Part shown: positions 1 through 9,525 of the stretch, piece by piece
How the letters are laid out: every line of letters begins with the position of its first letter
Numbering within the stretch: the first letter of the stretch is position 1
From: a virus
Lineage: Duplodnaviria > Caudoviricetes
DNA length: 55,993 bases
Virus record (IMG/VR): IMGVR_UViG_3300039106_000351
Span: 1 to 55,993 of that record
Direction: 5' to 3' (one strand)
The notes under the pieces: generated by a model
What the model saw: only the letters and a program-made list of their open reading frames with translations
The model's database searches: none
Told to the model about the DNA's origin: nothing
Translations under genes and position numbers: made by a program

Positions 1-2
1 AA

Positions 3-3000
3 TCTATTTAAAGCAAAAATAAAATCATCAGAATTTTCTCCATATAAAAATATTTTTTTATTTGTTTCTGAAAGAGAAATTCTTTTAGCATTAAGTTGTG
101 CAATCTGAATTTGTAAATCTGCTGTTCTTGATATAATAGAATTTTTAGTATAATTTACATTATTATCTTCCTCTCTATTATTAAGGCTTTTTCTAAGATT
201 AGATACCTTTTGAGCTAAACTATTAATTTGATTATCAATATCTTTAATTTGTTCAGCATTAGACATATAACTTAAAACAGTTATATTACCACTAGCATCA
301 CGCAATACTTCATATCTAACTCCATTTATTGAAGCAATACTTTCTTCTTTATTTGAAAAAGATGCATTTACAACTTTAGATTTTATTGTAGACACTTGAC
401 CTACAGATTCAATTGGAATAATTAACTGTACACCAACTTCATTAACAGTTAAACTACCATTAGAAACACCTTTACTATTTTTTTGTAATGGATATATTTC
501 AGTAAATCCTTCAGCAGAATTAATTGCATTTGAAAGTCTATTGATACTTTCTTTAAGTTCAGCAATATTTTCTTCATTAGTTTCAATAAGCAAATTAGCA
601 TTTAAAGTATCTAATGTAAGTTGTAATGTTGTTATGTCAGCATTAATAGTTACCTGAACACCAAAATTTCCATCTTGCATTTTAACTAACTTACCAGTTT
701 GACCATTAAAAATAATAGGTTTGTCTAAATTATCTTCAAGTTTATTTTTAATAGGATCTGATTGTGCTATACCAGTATCTATAATACTTTGATTATCTTC
801 TGTTTTTTTAATAGGAGTTTTAATATCTGGCTTTATTTTAATAATTCCAAAATTTTCAATTTCTGATAAGTATTCTAGATCAACTGTATCTTCACCATTT
901 TTTACAATAGGAGCAGTAGTTATATCATTTATATAACCATCAATTGTTACATCTATTTCAAAAGGCATTAGTTTTAATTCAGGTAAAATACCAGTCATAT
1001 TATAAACTGTATATCCATAAATAGATTGTTGAGCACGGAAATATGTAGAAGTATCATAATCTGTATTATCTCCAAAAGATTTCCATTTAGTAGCTTTTGA
1101 AGTTTTAATATCTACAATAGCAATTGTACCATCTGCTCTTACTAATAGTAAATCAAGTTCTCCTGTTACTCCATTTTCATTTCTTAAAGCTTTATCAAAA
1201 ACTTTTACATTTTCAGAAAGTATTCTATATGTACCATCAATAATTCCAAGTCTAAACTTAGTAATATATCCTCCAGGATTTGTAGTTGAAACTTGTGCAA
1301 AAAGTTTATCAAAAACTTTTCTAGACATTACATCTGATATCTTAACAGATTTACCTTTAATGTCTACAACAGAGTCATATTCAAATTCACTAAATTTAGA
1401 TTTAGTACCAGCATTAGGAGTTAAAAATACTCTAATTAAAGAATCTACTATATCTCCAGCACCTGATGATTCTCTAAATGCTAAATCTGCAATAAACTTT
1501 TTTAACTTTTCATAATTAGGTTTTGTATTTAAAAAATCTTCAAGATCTTTTAATTTTTTTTCTGATTTAAAAGTCTTCCATCCTGAGTATGCTTTTGCTT
1601 TAAAAGCTTCCATAAATAGTCTTACTCTATCTGCAGGTACAATATCAGGATCATTAAAGAACTGATTGTATAAGTTTTCAATTGGAGATAATGTAACAAC
1701 ACCATCTTCATCTACTACATCTTTTAAAGGTTGGATTATAAATGGATCTTTATTTTTTAAACTAGCCTCAACTTCTGTTGCAACTTCTGTAGTTCTTGAT
1801 GGAATAGGATCATTAGGACCTCTATCTTTAAAAGTTCTACCAATAACAATTCCATCTTCATTAACTATATCTACAAGTTCATCTTGTTTTGCTATTATAT
1901 TTTCTTCTATAATTTGAATAGTTTGTTCAGCAATATTTCTTGGTTCAGAGGCTTCAACCCTAGCACTTAAATAACCAGTTAAAGCTTCTATATCTTCTTT
2001 TAAATTAGCAAGATCTAATTTAGAAGCAGATATCATTTCTTTATTATTTTTAGGATTAGGATATTCTCCTGCATCTAAAAATGATTGAAATCTAGATATT
2101 ATATTAGATATAGTATAGGTTGTTGTTTGAGCATTAATTTCAATATCAATAAATTTTAATTGAGGTGCATTAGCTAATCTTTCAGCTTTATCTAAAGATT
2201 TTTGTTTTGCTTCTGTATTAAATGTATTAATTAAACCTGATTGTCTTTCTAACCAATTGGATCTAAGTCTTTCATATTCAAGTGGATTTTTTGTTTTAAT
2301 ATTTATATCTTCTTGTAAAACATCAACTAAATATGCATTAAATAACTCTGTAATTTTTTCTTGAAACTCAGAATCAAAATCTTCAAACTCTGTTTTAGTA
2401 GTATATTCATCAGGTGTATTTTCATCTATACCTTTTCTTTTAAACTCATCTTTTGTTTCAGCAATAAGATTATCATATCTTTCATTTATTGCATCTGTAG
2501 CTTCTTGATATACTAAATATTCTTTTGTTTTTTCTATATCAATAGTAGGAGTAGTATCTTGTTTAGCAAGTTCAGAATCAATTTCTGAAAGTCTACTTGC
2601 TGCAACTTCTTTAAATATTTCAGACTTAAGTGCAGTATCTACTTGAGTAGTTTGTGCTTCTTGTTCATCTTCAATATCAGAAACATCATATTTTCCAAAA
2701 AGAGAACCAATTAATTTTCTTTTTGCTTCATCATTTTGATATATATTAGTTTGTTCAGCTAGTATTTGTGCTGCATCAATTCCTTTAGGTTGTAAAATTT
2801 CAGTTGCTAAAATTTCTGCTGCAGACTGAACTTCAACATAATTTTCAGATTGTAACTTATCAATAATTTTAAGAACTAATTCTTTTTCTTTTTCAAGTGA
2901 AGCTCTTTCTTCTGGAGTTAATTCATTTTCTGCAATTCTAGTTGCCTCTTGTTGTAAATATTCATCTATAGTTAAACCATTTGCTTGTTTAAATTTATCT

Positions 3001-6000
3001 TCATATTTTATACGTTCTTTTTCTAAGAATTGTTTTCTTTCTTCTTCTAAAACTTCAATCCTCTTATCTAGTAATTGTTTTTGTGAAAGAGGTTCTCCAG
3101 CTGGCTTTTTTAAATCTAAATCAGCCATTTTTTGAAACAATTCAATATAATCCTCATATATAATAGAACCTTTATTAATCATTCTATTATTTGTTACATC
3201 AATAAAATATTCAGGTAACATATTAGAATTCTCTACCCATTTTGAAAATTGTTCAAGGTCAACAAATATTCCTTGATCAGCTAATGTATTTAATAAAGTA
3301 TTTTTTTCTATTGCAGAAATTTCTTGATTAACTATTTCTTTTACAATTTCTTCTCTATTATGATAGAGATCCTTCATAAATTTAAAGTTACCCATTACAT
3401 GCTCATAGAAATCTCTTGGATTGGCTAATAAATTAACATATTGATTAAGTTTTGCTGTTTCATTTCTTAAGATATGTGTTTCAAGTAAATCATTAAATAA
3501 AACATCTATACCACCCATGTTTTGTATCTCTTGTTCTAATTGTCTTTTCTTATCAGTAGTATCAGCTAATCCTATTAATAAATCATTGAATGCTTCTTTA
3601 TAATCTAAAAATTCATTACTTTCTCCTTTATCATATTGTTCAATAAGAGTATTTATTGTTTGTAAAGAAGCATCAGTGTCAGAAATTTGTGGATTATCTT
3701 TTTTAATACCATCTTTAATTTGTTCAAATACTTTTTTATAAATAAATAATTCTACAAGTTTTTCTTGTTTTTCTTGAAATCTAGAATATAGTTCTACCTT
3801 TTCTCTTTTTTTAGTAGCTTCCTCTATTGATTCAGCAGAGCCAAAAGATTCTAAACTTTCTATTTCAGTATTCATCATTTCAATTTCTCTTTGCAATCTA
3901 TTAGGATCTGTAAATCCTGCAAAATCAGAAAAATTAGAATTTTTTATAACAGACAATGAAGATAAAGTTTCAAATAATTTTTTCTCTCTATTTATATTAT
4001 CATCAAATGCTTGATGAACAAATACATAATTATACAATGCTTGATTATAAGCTTTATTATATACTTCAGCTATTCTATATTCTTCAGTATCTTTTTCATA
4101 GTCATCTAAATTAGCCATGAATTGCATCTTATCTTTAGCTGAAATCCATCTTTTAGATATTACCTTTGCACTCTCTATAGATTTATCAAATCTTTCTAAA
4201 GCTTTTGCACCTTGTCCTGGTTGTAATTCCCAAGCTTCTTCAATATCTTTTGGAGATGCTTGTTTATAACCCTCATAATGGTTTAAGAACATATCAAAAG
4301 TTCCATTCTGTAATGAACTTAATACAGCTGAGTGAAATGCAGTAAATTCATTATCTTTTATTTCTTTAGTTGTAAGGTCCCCTGGATTTGCTATTTCTTT
4401 AGCTACTAAAGATTGAGTAACATAATTATTAATTCTTGAGTCAAAAAAGTACTTACCATTTTTATACATGGTATTCATATTATTTACAACATCATCAGCC
4501 ATTTCTTCTCTTTGATCTAAATAAGTTTTATAAGAAGAATCTTTCTTTAAATAATCATTATAACCTACAGTTGCATATTTCTTTACAAAGCCCGGAGCTT
4601 GTAAAATACTACCCATTAAAAAACCTGATAAAAATGTTTCAAGTCCTTGTGCAGACCATTGCTTTCCTATTGCTTCTCCTAATAAACCAGAAGAATATCT
4701 AAAATTTCTTCCTTCAGTATTCTTATATGTATTTACATAATAGTTTTGTGTAGCCTCTTGAAGTACATCTTGTGCTAATTCTTGACCACCTTCAACTAAA
4801 TTTGCTTTAAAATAATTTAATCCTACTTTACCATATGTAGCAGGTTTTGCTAATGACTTTATTGCATTAGCAAGATTTATTCTTTGTTTTGCAAAAGTAC
4901 CTTCTAATGCAGATTTACCTGGATTAAAAACTACTTGAAAATCTTTTCCAACATTTGTAACAACTTTACCAAAACCAAATCTTGGAATCCCCTTTAAAAA
5001 ACTTGCATTTGTAATGGAAGGAAAAACTAATTTATTAGAGTAATAAACTAATGCAGTATTACTAAGAGTATTTTCAAATGAACCTTTAGAGGCTTGTCTC
5101 ATCATACTCTCTTGTTCTTCTAGAGTAGGAGGAGTTCCATTATGTTCTTCAACATGTTTATTATATAATCTATCATAGGTTTGAGTTCTTGTGAACCCAC
5201 CTTCAAGTTTTCCTTCTGATAAAGCAAGATTCATTACCATCATGTCATGCCATAAAGCACCAGCAGTAGTTGCACTTCTTGCAAGATTTGTAATATTATC
5301 TGTATTTTTTAATTGATTATAAGCTTGTAATGTATTATGTGCAGGATTAATAAAATTACCAAAGTTTTTTGAAGCTGATGCAAACAAACTTTTAGCCTCA
5401 GCTAATTTTGAATAATTTTTAACTCCTGAAAAAAGCTTACCTACTGCTTGACCAGTTTGTACTAATGATTTAGGAAGACTTCCAAGTTTACTAAGAAAAG
5501 TACCAGCTCCTTCTGCAGCTCCAGTAGCAACATTACCACCACCAAATAAACCACCAATTAAAAAACCTTCAACTGCACCTTCTGTTAAAATACCCATTGA
5601 ATAAGCAGCTGAATTAAAAAGATTTACTGTAAATCCGCCTAAGCCACCTTTTGTTGATGCTCCAATAGCATTATAATATTCATAATCTCTAGCACTTTGT
5701 GGATCTGCATCAAAGAAACCATCTCCATCTATTACACTTTTATATGATTTAATTGGATCTGTAAATCCTTTAGATAACATTGGCCACAAAGAATGTGAAC
5801 CCCATCTTTGTAAATCATCTCCAAATGTAGTATTCTGATTAAAAAAAGTTTCATTATCTATTAAAGGATGAAAACCAATTTCATTAAAAGTATCTTGTCC
5901 ATAAGCTTTATATCTTTCTCTAAAGGTACCTTTAGGAGAAGCATCATAAGCATAAGGTTGAGCATAATTACTAACATCAGATATAGAATTTATTTCTGAC

Positions 6001-6275
6001 ATTCCTTTATCAATAATAGCTTGAAGACCTCCTTCAGTAGCACCACTTCTTCTATCTGCACTTACTTGAGAAGGTGGATAACCAGGAGATACACCTGCTG
6101 TATTATCTTTAATATAATTTGTAGTATTAACAAAAGTATCTGGCCAATTAGCTTTTGGAGCAAGAGGTTGTTCAATCCTTGCTGGATTTAACAAATCACT
6201 TTCAGCCATAAGATCATTAACATCTGGCATAGGTGCATTTACATTTTCTGCAGTATTTATTGTTTCCTCAGCCAT
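3..6275 (-). CDS. Giant putative virion-ejected protein (>2090 aa, runs off the left edge); crAss-like large cargo/RNAP-locus protein with an internal PD-(D/E)XK nuclease domain
   Basis: Not in the ORF track. ATG at 6273-6275 (MAEETINTAENVNAPMPDV...). The same frame is open in every segment I translated and at the window edge (...ENSDDFIFALNR). The track lists no terminated minus-strand ORF here, consistent with no stop. It has Gly/Ala-rich hydrophobic segments (GILTEGAVEGFLIGGLFGGG; ETFLSGFLMGSIL), an EGGQELAQ motif, and sits after the cargo genes. Confidence 0.85.
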   Translation of the reverse strand, partial: MAEETINTAENVNAPMPDVNDLMAESDLLNPARIEQPLAPKANWPDTFVNTTNYIKDNTAGVSPGYPPSQVSADRRSGATEGGLQAIIDKGMSEINSISDVSNYAQPYAYDASPKGTFRERYKAYGQDTFNEIGFHPLIDNETFFNQNTTFGDDLQRWGSHSLWPMLSKGFTDPIKSYKSVIDGDGFFDADPQSARDYEYYNAIGASTKGGLGGFTVNLFNSAAYSMGILTEGAVEGFLIGGLFGGGNVATGAAEGAGTFLSKLGSLPKSLVQTGQAVGKLFSGVKNYSKLAEAKSLFASASKNFGNFINPAHNTLQAYNQLKNTDNITNLARSATTAGALWHDMMVMNLALSEGKLEGGFTRTQTYDRLYNKHVEEHNGTPPTLEEQESMMRQASKGSFENTLSNTALVYYSNKLVFPSITNASFLKGIPRFGFGKVVTNVGKDFQVVFNPGKSALEGTFAKQRINLANAIKSLAKPATYGKVGLNYFKANLVEGGQELAQDVLQEATQNYYVNTYKNTEGRNFRYSSGLLGEAIGKQWSAQGLETFLSGFLMGSILQAPGFVKKYATVGYNDYLKKDSSYKTYLDQREEMADDVVNNMNTMYKNGKYFFDSRINNYVTQSLVAKEIANPGDLTTKEIKDNEFTAFHSAVLSSLQNGTFDMFLNHYEGYKQASPKDIEEAWELQPGQGAKALERFDKSIESAKVISKRWISAKDKMQFMANLDDYEKDTEEYRIAEVYNKAYNQALYNYVFVHQAFDDNINREKKLFETLSSLSVIKNSNFSDFAGFTDPNRLQREIEMMNTEIESLESFGSAESIEEATKKREKVELYSRFQEKQEKLVELFIYKKVFEQIKDGIKKDNPQISDTDASLQTINTLIEQYDKGESNEFLDYKEAFNDLLIGLADTTDKKRQLEQEIQNMGGIDVLFNDLLETHILRNETAKLNQYVNLLANPRDFYEHVMGNFKFMKDLYHNREEIVKEIVNQEISAIEKNTLLNTLADQGIFVDLEQFSKWVENSNMLPEYFIDVTNNRMINKGSIIYEDYIELFQKMADLDLKKPAGEPLSQKQLLDKRIEVLEEERKQFLEKERIKYEDKFKQANGLTIDEYLQQEATRIAENELTPEERASLEKEKELVLKIIDKLQSENYVEVQSAAEILATEILQPKGIDAAQILAEQTNIYQNDEAKRKLIGSLFGKYDVSDIEDEQEAQTTQVDTALKSEIFKEVAASRLSEIDSELAKQDTTPTIDIEKTKEYLVYQEATDAINERYDNLIAETKDEFKRKGIDENTPDEYTTKTEFEDFDSEFQEKITELFNAYLVDVLQEDINIKTKNPLEYERLRSNWLERQSGLINTFNTEAKQKSLDKAERLANAPQLKFIDIEINAQTTTYTISNIISRFQSFLDAGEYPNPKNNKEMISASKLDLANLKEDIEALTGYLSARVEASEPRNIAEQTIQIIEENIIAKQDELVDIVNEDGIVIGRTFKDRGPNDPIPSRTTEVATEVEASLKNKDPFIIQPLKDVVDEDGVVTLSPIENLYNQFFNDPDIVPADRVRLFMEAFKAKAYSGWKTFKSEKKLKDLEDFLNTKPNYEKLKKFIADLAFRESSGAGDIVDSLIRVFLTPNAGTKSKFSEFEYDSVVDIKGKSVKISDVMSRKVFDKLFAQVSTTNPGGYITKFRLGIIDGTYRILSENVKVFDKALRNENGVTGELDLLLVRADGTIAIVDIKTSKATKWKSFGDNTDYDTSTYFRAQQSIYGYTVYNMTGILPELKLMPFEIDVTIDGYINDITTAPIVKNGEDTVDLEYLSEIENFGIIKIKPDIKTPIKKTEDNQSIIDTGIAQSDPIKNKLEDNLDKPIIFNGQTGKLVKMQDGNFGVQVTINADITTLQLTLDTLNANLLIETNEENIAELKESINRLSNAINSAEGFTEIYPLQKNSKGVSNGSLTVNEVGVQLIIPIESVGQVSTIKSKVVNASFSNKEESIASINGVRYEVLRDASGNITVLSYMSNAEQIKDIDNQINSLAQKVSNLRKSLNNREEDNNVNYTKNSIISRTADLQIQIAQLNAKRISLSETNKKIFLYGENSDDFIFALNR
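930..1830 (-). other. RecB/Cas4-like PD-(D/E)XK nuclease domain within the giant protein
   Basis: Manual translation: PSRTTEV...AGDIVDSLIRVFL...LSENVKV...GVTGELDLLLVRADGTIAIVDIKTS...YFRAQQSIYG. This gives GxxD, DxK and QxxxY motifs in the right order. Confidence 0.8.
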
Positions 6276-6280
6276 TTTAA

Positions 6281-9200
6281 TTAGTTATTATACTTATAAA
6301 AAGGATTCAATGGATTAAATCCAAAATTTTGTACAGCATTATTAATTCTTTTTTGATCACCAGATTTATGAATTTTGTTAAACATTGCAAAATTTAATTC
6401 TGCAGTATTCCTTAACATGGTATGCATAATTTGTTCTTTCTGATCAATAGTTTTTCCACTCCTTACACCAACATCCCATGCTTGATTAATTGCAGTTTTA
6501 GAACCATCTTCATTTAATTGATAAAAAGTTCCAAGACCTCTGTAGTCATCTGAACCAGGTTTCTTTTCTATTATATATCCACCATTTCCTCCAGGATCAT
6601 TATATTTAATTGGACCTTTATTTAATAAAACTTCTACTGGAGATTGGAATTGATCTCCAAATAATGGGTTATTTTCCCAAAGAGGTTTTGGAGCAATAAA
6701 TGTAAGACCTTTCTGATATATGTTATCAATTTTAGATTTAATAGAAGCTTCTGTTGCATCTTCACCTGCCATGCCTTTTATAACATTTTCAATAAGTTCT
6801 CTAGGAGCCATAACTTTCATTGATCCTAAATTATTACTTTCCATTGATATTGTTGTGGCACCTATTCCAAAAGGAGCTAATTTTTTATCTGTATTTAATC
6901 TTTGTTGTAGATCTCTAACAATAGCTAGTGCTTCAGATTGTGTTACACCAGTATCTTCATCAAAAGATCCTGGAAGTTTATTACCTTCAGTTGTAATTCT
7001 ATATTTACTTTCATCTTGATTCCAATTTGTAGATAATATAGTTGTAAACATTTGACCAGCTGATCTATTACCAGGATCCATAGTAACTCCTGGTGCAACC
7101 ATCATAACTCCTGTTTCTGTTCCTAAAGCATATTTATTACCAGATTGTTTATTTACATTTGTAATATATGTAGTTAAACCTGTTTTAGGATTATTATCTT
7201 TTAAAAGTTCTTCAAATGATATATCAAAAACATCAGCTGTCCATGAAGCTTTATCTTTAATATTTTCTCTTCCATCACCAAAAAGATTACCGACATTAGT
7301 TAATGGGAATACATAATTATACCATTTTGAAGTTCTCTCTTGATTAGTATTTTTAGTAACATCAAATCCAAGAATTGAAGATATTGCTTTATCTACTTCA
7401 GGAGCTAATGCTTTAAATTCTTCTAAATGACCATTACCATCTAAAGTATATTTTCTCATCATTAGATCTACAGCTTGTTTCATTTTATCTTCTGTTATAC
7501 TTCCATATAATTTAGGATCTTGTGTTTTTATTTTATTAACAATATGATGTAAATCTTGATTAAATTTATTTTGAATTTTTGTAAAATTTTGATCTTCTAT
7601 TATACTTAAAGCATCTGTTGTTCTAGCTAGTTGTTCTAATTTTATTATATTTTCATTACCAAAATATTGTTTAGAAAGACCACTTCCTGAATGTGATACT
7701 GACCACTTTCTCATAACATCATTTACATTATAGATCTGTCCAGAAGAAGCATACGTATTAGTAAATTTAGGAGCATCAGTTTTAAATTCATTCCAAATGC
7801 CTGACCAAGCTTTTTTAATTGCAATTAAATTTGCAGGAGTACTACCTTCTTTTAAAATTTGTGTTGCTATTTTATTACTAGGATTGAATTGCTTTACAAA
7901 AGTAGCTAATTGAGCAGAAGTAAAAGATCCAGAATCTACACCATTTTGAATCATTGTCATTAAATTATTTACAGGTTCAGTAGCATTTTGAGAAATTAAT
8001 TGTTCACTACTCATTTTTTGTAAATCATCAAATGTAAATGAACCATCTGTATTTGATCCAGATCCAGGTTCAATATTAACTATATTAAAGCCACCATTTT
8101 GAGGATTCTTATCTAATTTACCTGTATTTACATCAAATCTCCAATAACCTTTTTCTACTAAATTATCTACAGCTTTTCCAAACATATCATATTCAGACTT
8201 TATCCTCATTTCTTCAAGTTTATTATTATGAACTTGACGATCTCTTGCAGATGCATTTCTATGTCTTAAATTTTCTAAACCAATTGGATTTGCTTTATAC
8301 TCAACTTCATAATTAACCATTGCATAATCATTTGCAGCTCTCATTATATCTTGTTCTGCATTAATAGATGCAAATCCAGCATCTACTTTTAATCTTGCTA
8401 ATTCTAAATCATTTAATATATCATCATCAGGACTTTTTACAAGGTCTGAAGATTTAGTATTTATTTCTGAATCTAATTTTTGAGCATTATCGGCAATAGT
8501 AGAATTTACTTTTAATCCTAAATTTAATCTATCAGCATATGAATATTGTTGTGGATTAACATTTCCATCTTTAATATCTTTTTCAAGATTACCTTGTAAA
8601 TTTTCAGTAGTCTTTAATTCATCTTGAGCTTTACCATTTTTTTCAGCAGCATAAGTTTTTAAATACTCATATTTTTGTTTAATATATTCTTTTTCAGATT
8701 CTAATTTATTTCCACCAAATTTATCAGCATTTTGATATGCATAATTCATTCTTTCTACAAATGCTTTTTCTCTATATTTATCTTGTATATCTGGTCTATT
8801 TATATATTCTGTTAAAAACATATTTTGAAGAGTAGGTAATATTAATTCCCCATTCTTTTTTCTTATTAAATATAATCCTGATTCATCTGGTAATTGTGTA
8901 ACAGCTCCAACATTGAATTTTTTTGCTAAATTCATATACTCTTCATTAACTTTTACATCAGGAGTATATTTAACATTAGCCATATTTAAAGTCTCATCTA
9001 AAGTAGCATCTTTAAACATCTGTCTTCTTATATTCATTCCTTCTACACCTGTAGACCACCATTGCTTTCTTTGTTCAGCATCTGCTGAAGTTCTTAATGC
9101 TTCAGCTCCAGCATATGTATTTCTAAAATTTTTAGTCCAAGCCATATCTTTCATAAGATATCTATCTTCATAAAAAGGTTTAAATACTTGTGTAGCTTGA

Positions 9201-9469
9201 TTTACATTCTGTTCTAAAGAAAGATCTAATCCTGATGTTCTTTTTAAATTAAAATCAATTTGTTGTAAAAGTTTATCTTTTTTTTCAATATTTAAATCAT
9301 GTGTAAGATCCGCACCATATAATTGACCATATAATTTATTTACAGATTTCCAATTTGTATCATACTGTGTTTGTTTAGCTTGCAATAAATTTGAATAAAA
9401 ATTTAAGTCAGGCTGAAAAGGCTGATAATCAGGTATAAAATCCGTAACACCTTGAATGTATGTTGCCAT
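6281..9469 (-). CDS. Putative internal virion/cargo protein (1062 aa)
   Basis: Long ORF directly upstream of the giant protein, helical N-terminal half (MATYIQGVTDFIPDYQPFQPDLNF...). Position matches crAss-like ejected proteins. Confidence 0.6.
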   Translation of the reverse strand: MATYIQGVTDFIPDYQPFQPDLNFYSNLLQAKQTQYDTNWKSVNKLYGQLYGADLTHDLNIEKKDKLLQQIDFNLKRTSGLDLSLEQNVNQATQVFKPFYEDRYLMKDMAWTKNFRNTYAGAEALRTSADAEQRKQWWSTGVEGMNIRRQMFKDATLDETLNMANVKYTPDVKVNEEYMNLAKKFNVGAVTQLPDESGLYLIRKKNGELILPTLQNMFLTEYINRPDIQDKYREKAFVERMNYAYQNADKFGGNKLESEKEYIKQKYEYLKTYAAEKNGKAQDELKTTENLQGNLEKDIKDGNVNPQQYSYADRLNLGLKVNSTIADNAQKLDSEINTKSSDLVKSPDDDILNDLELARLKVDAGFASINAEQDIMRAANDYAMVNYEVEYKANPIGLENLRHRNASARDRQVHNNKLEEMRIKSEYDMFGKAVDNLVEKGYWRFDVNTGKLDKNPQNGGFNIVNIEPGSGSNTDGSFTFDDLQKMSSEQLISQNATEPVNNLMTMIQNGVDSGSFTSAQLATFVKQFNPSNKIATQILKEGSTPANLIAIKKAWSGIWNEFKTDAPKFTNTYASSGQIYNVNDVMRKWSVSHSGSGLSKQYFGNENIIKLEQLARTTDALSIIEDQNFTKIQNKFNQDLHHIVNKIKTQDPKLYGSITEDKMKQAVDLMMRKYTLDGNGHLEEFKALAPEVDKAISSILGFDVTKNTNQERTSKWYNYVFPLTNVGNLFGDGRENIKDKASWTADVFDISFEELLKDNNPKTGLTTYITNVNKQSGNKYALGTETGVMMVAPGVTMDPGNRSAGQMFTTILSTNWNQDESKYRITTEGNKLPGSFDEDTGVTQSEALAIVRDLQQRLNTDKKLAPFGIGATTISMESNNLGSMKVMAPRELIENVIKGMAGEDATEASIKSKIDNIYQKGLTFIAPKPLWENNPLFGDQFQSPVEVLLNKGPIKYNDPGGNGGYIIEKKPGSDDYRGLGTFYQLNEDGSKTAINQAWDVGVRSGKTIDQKEQIMHTMLRNTAELNFAMFNKIHKSGDQKRINNAVQNFGFNPLNPFYKYNN

Positions 9470-9502
9470 AATTTATTTTTTTATAAAACTATTAAAATTT
9501 TT

Positions 9503-9519
9503 TAAGTTTATTAAACTTA
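9503..9519. promoter_or_regulatory. 8-bp perfect inverted repeat TAAGTTTA-T-TAAACTTA, possible operator
   Basis: Palindrome in the short intergenic gap upstream of the 1062 aa gene. Confidence 0.3.
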
Positions 9520-9525
9520 TAAAGT

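Noticed and set aside
1-6280. Apparent 6 kb non-coding or ORF-poor region
   Set aside because: It is the 5' part of one giant minus-strand gene whose stop lies outside the window.
3-9469. Virion RNA polymerase catalytic subunit
   Set aside because: Plausible from position, but I did not see a DxDxD catalytic motif in the visible part, so it is not called.
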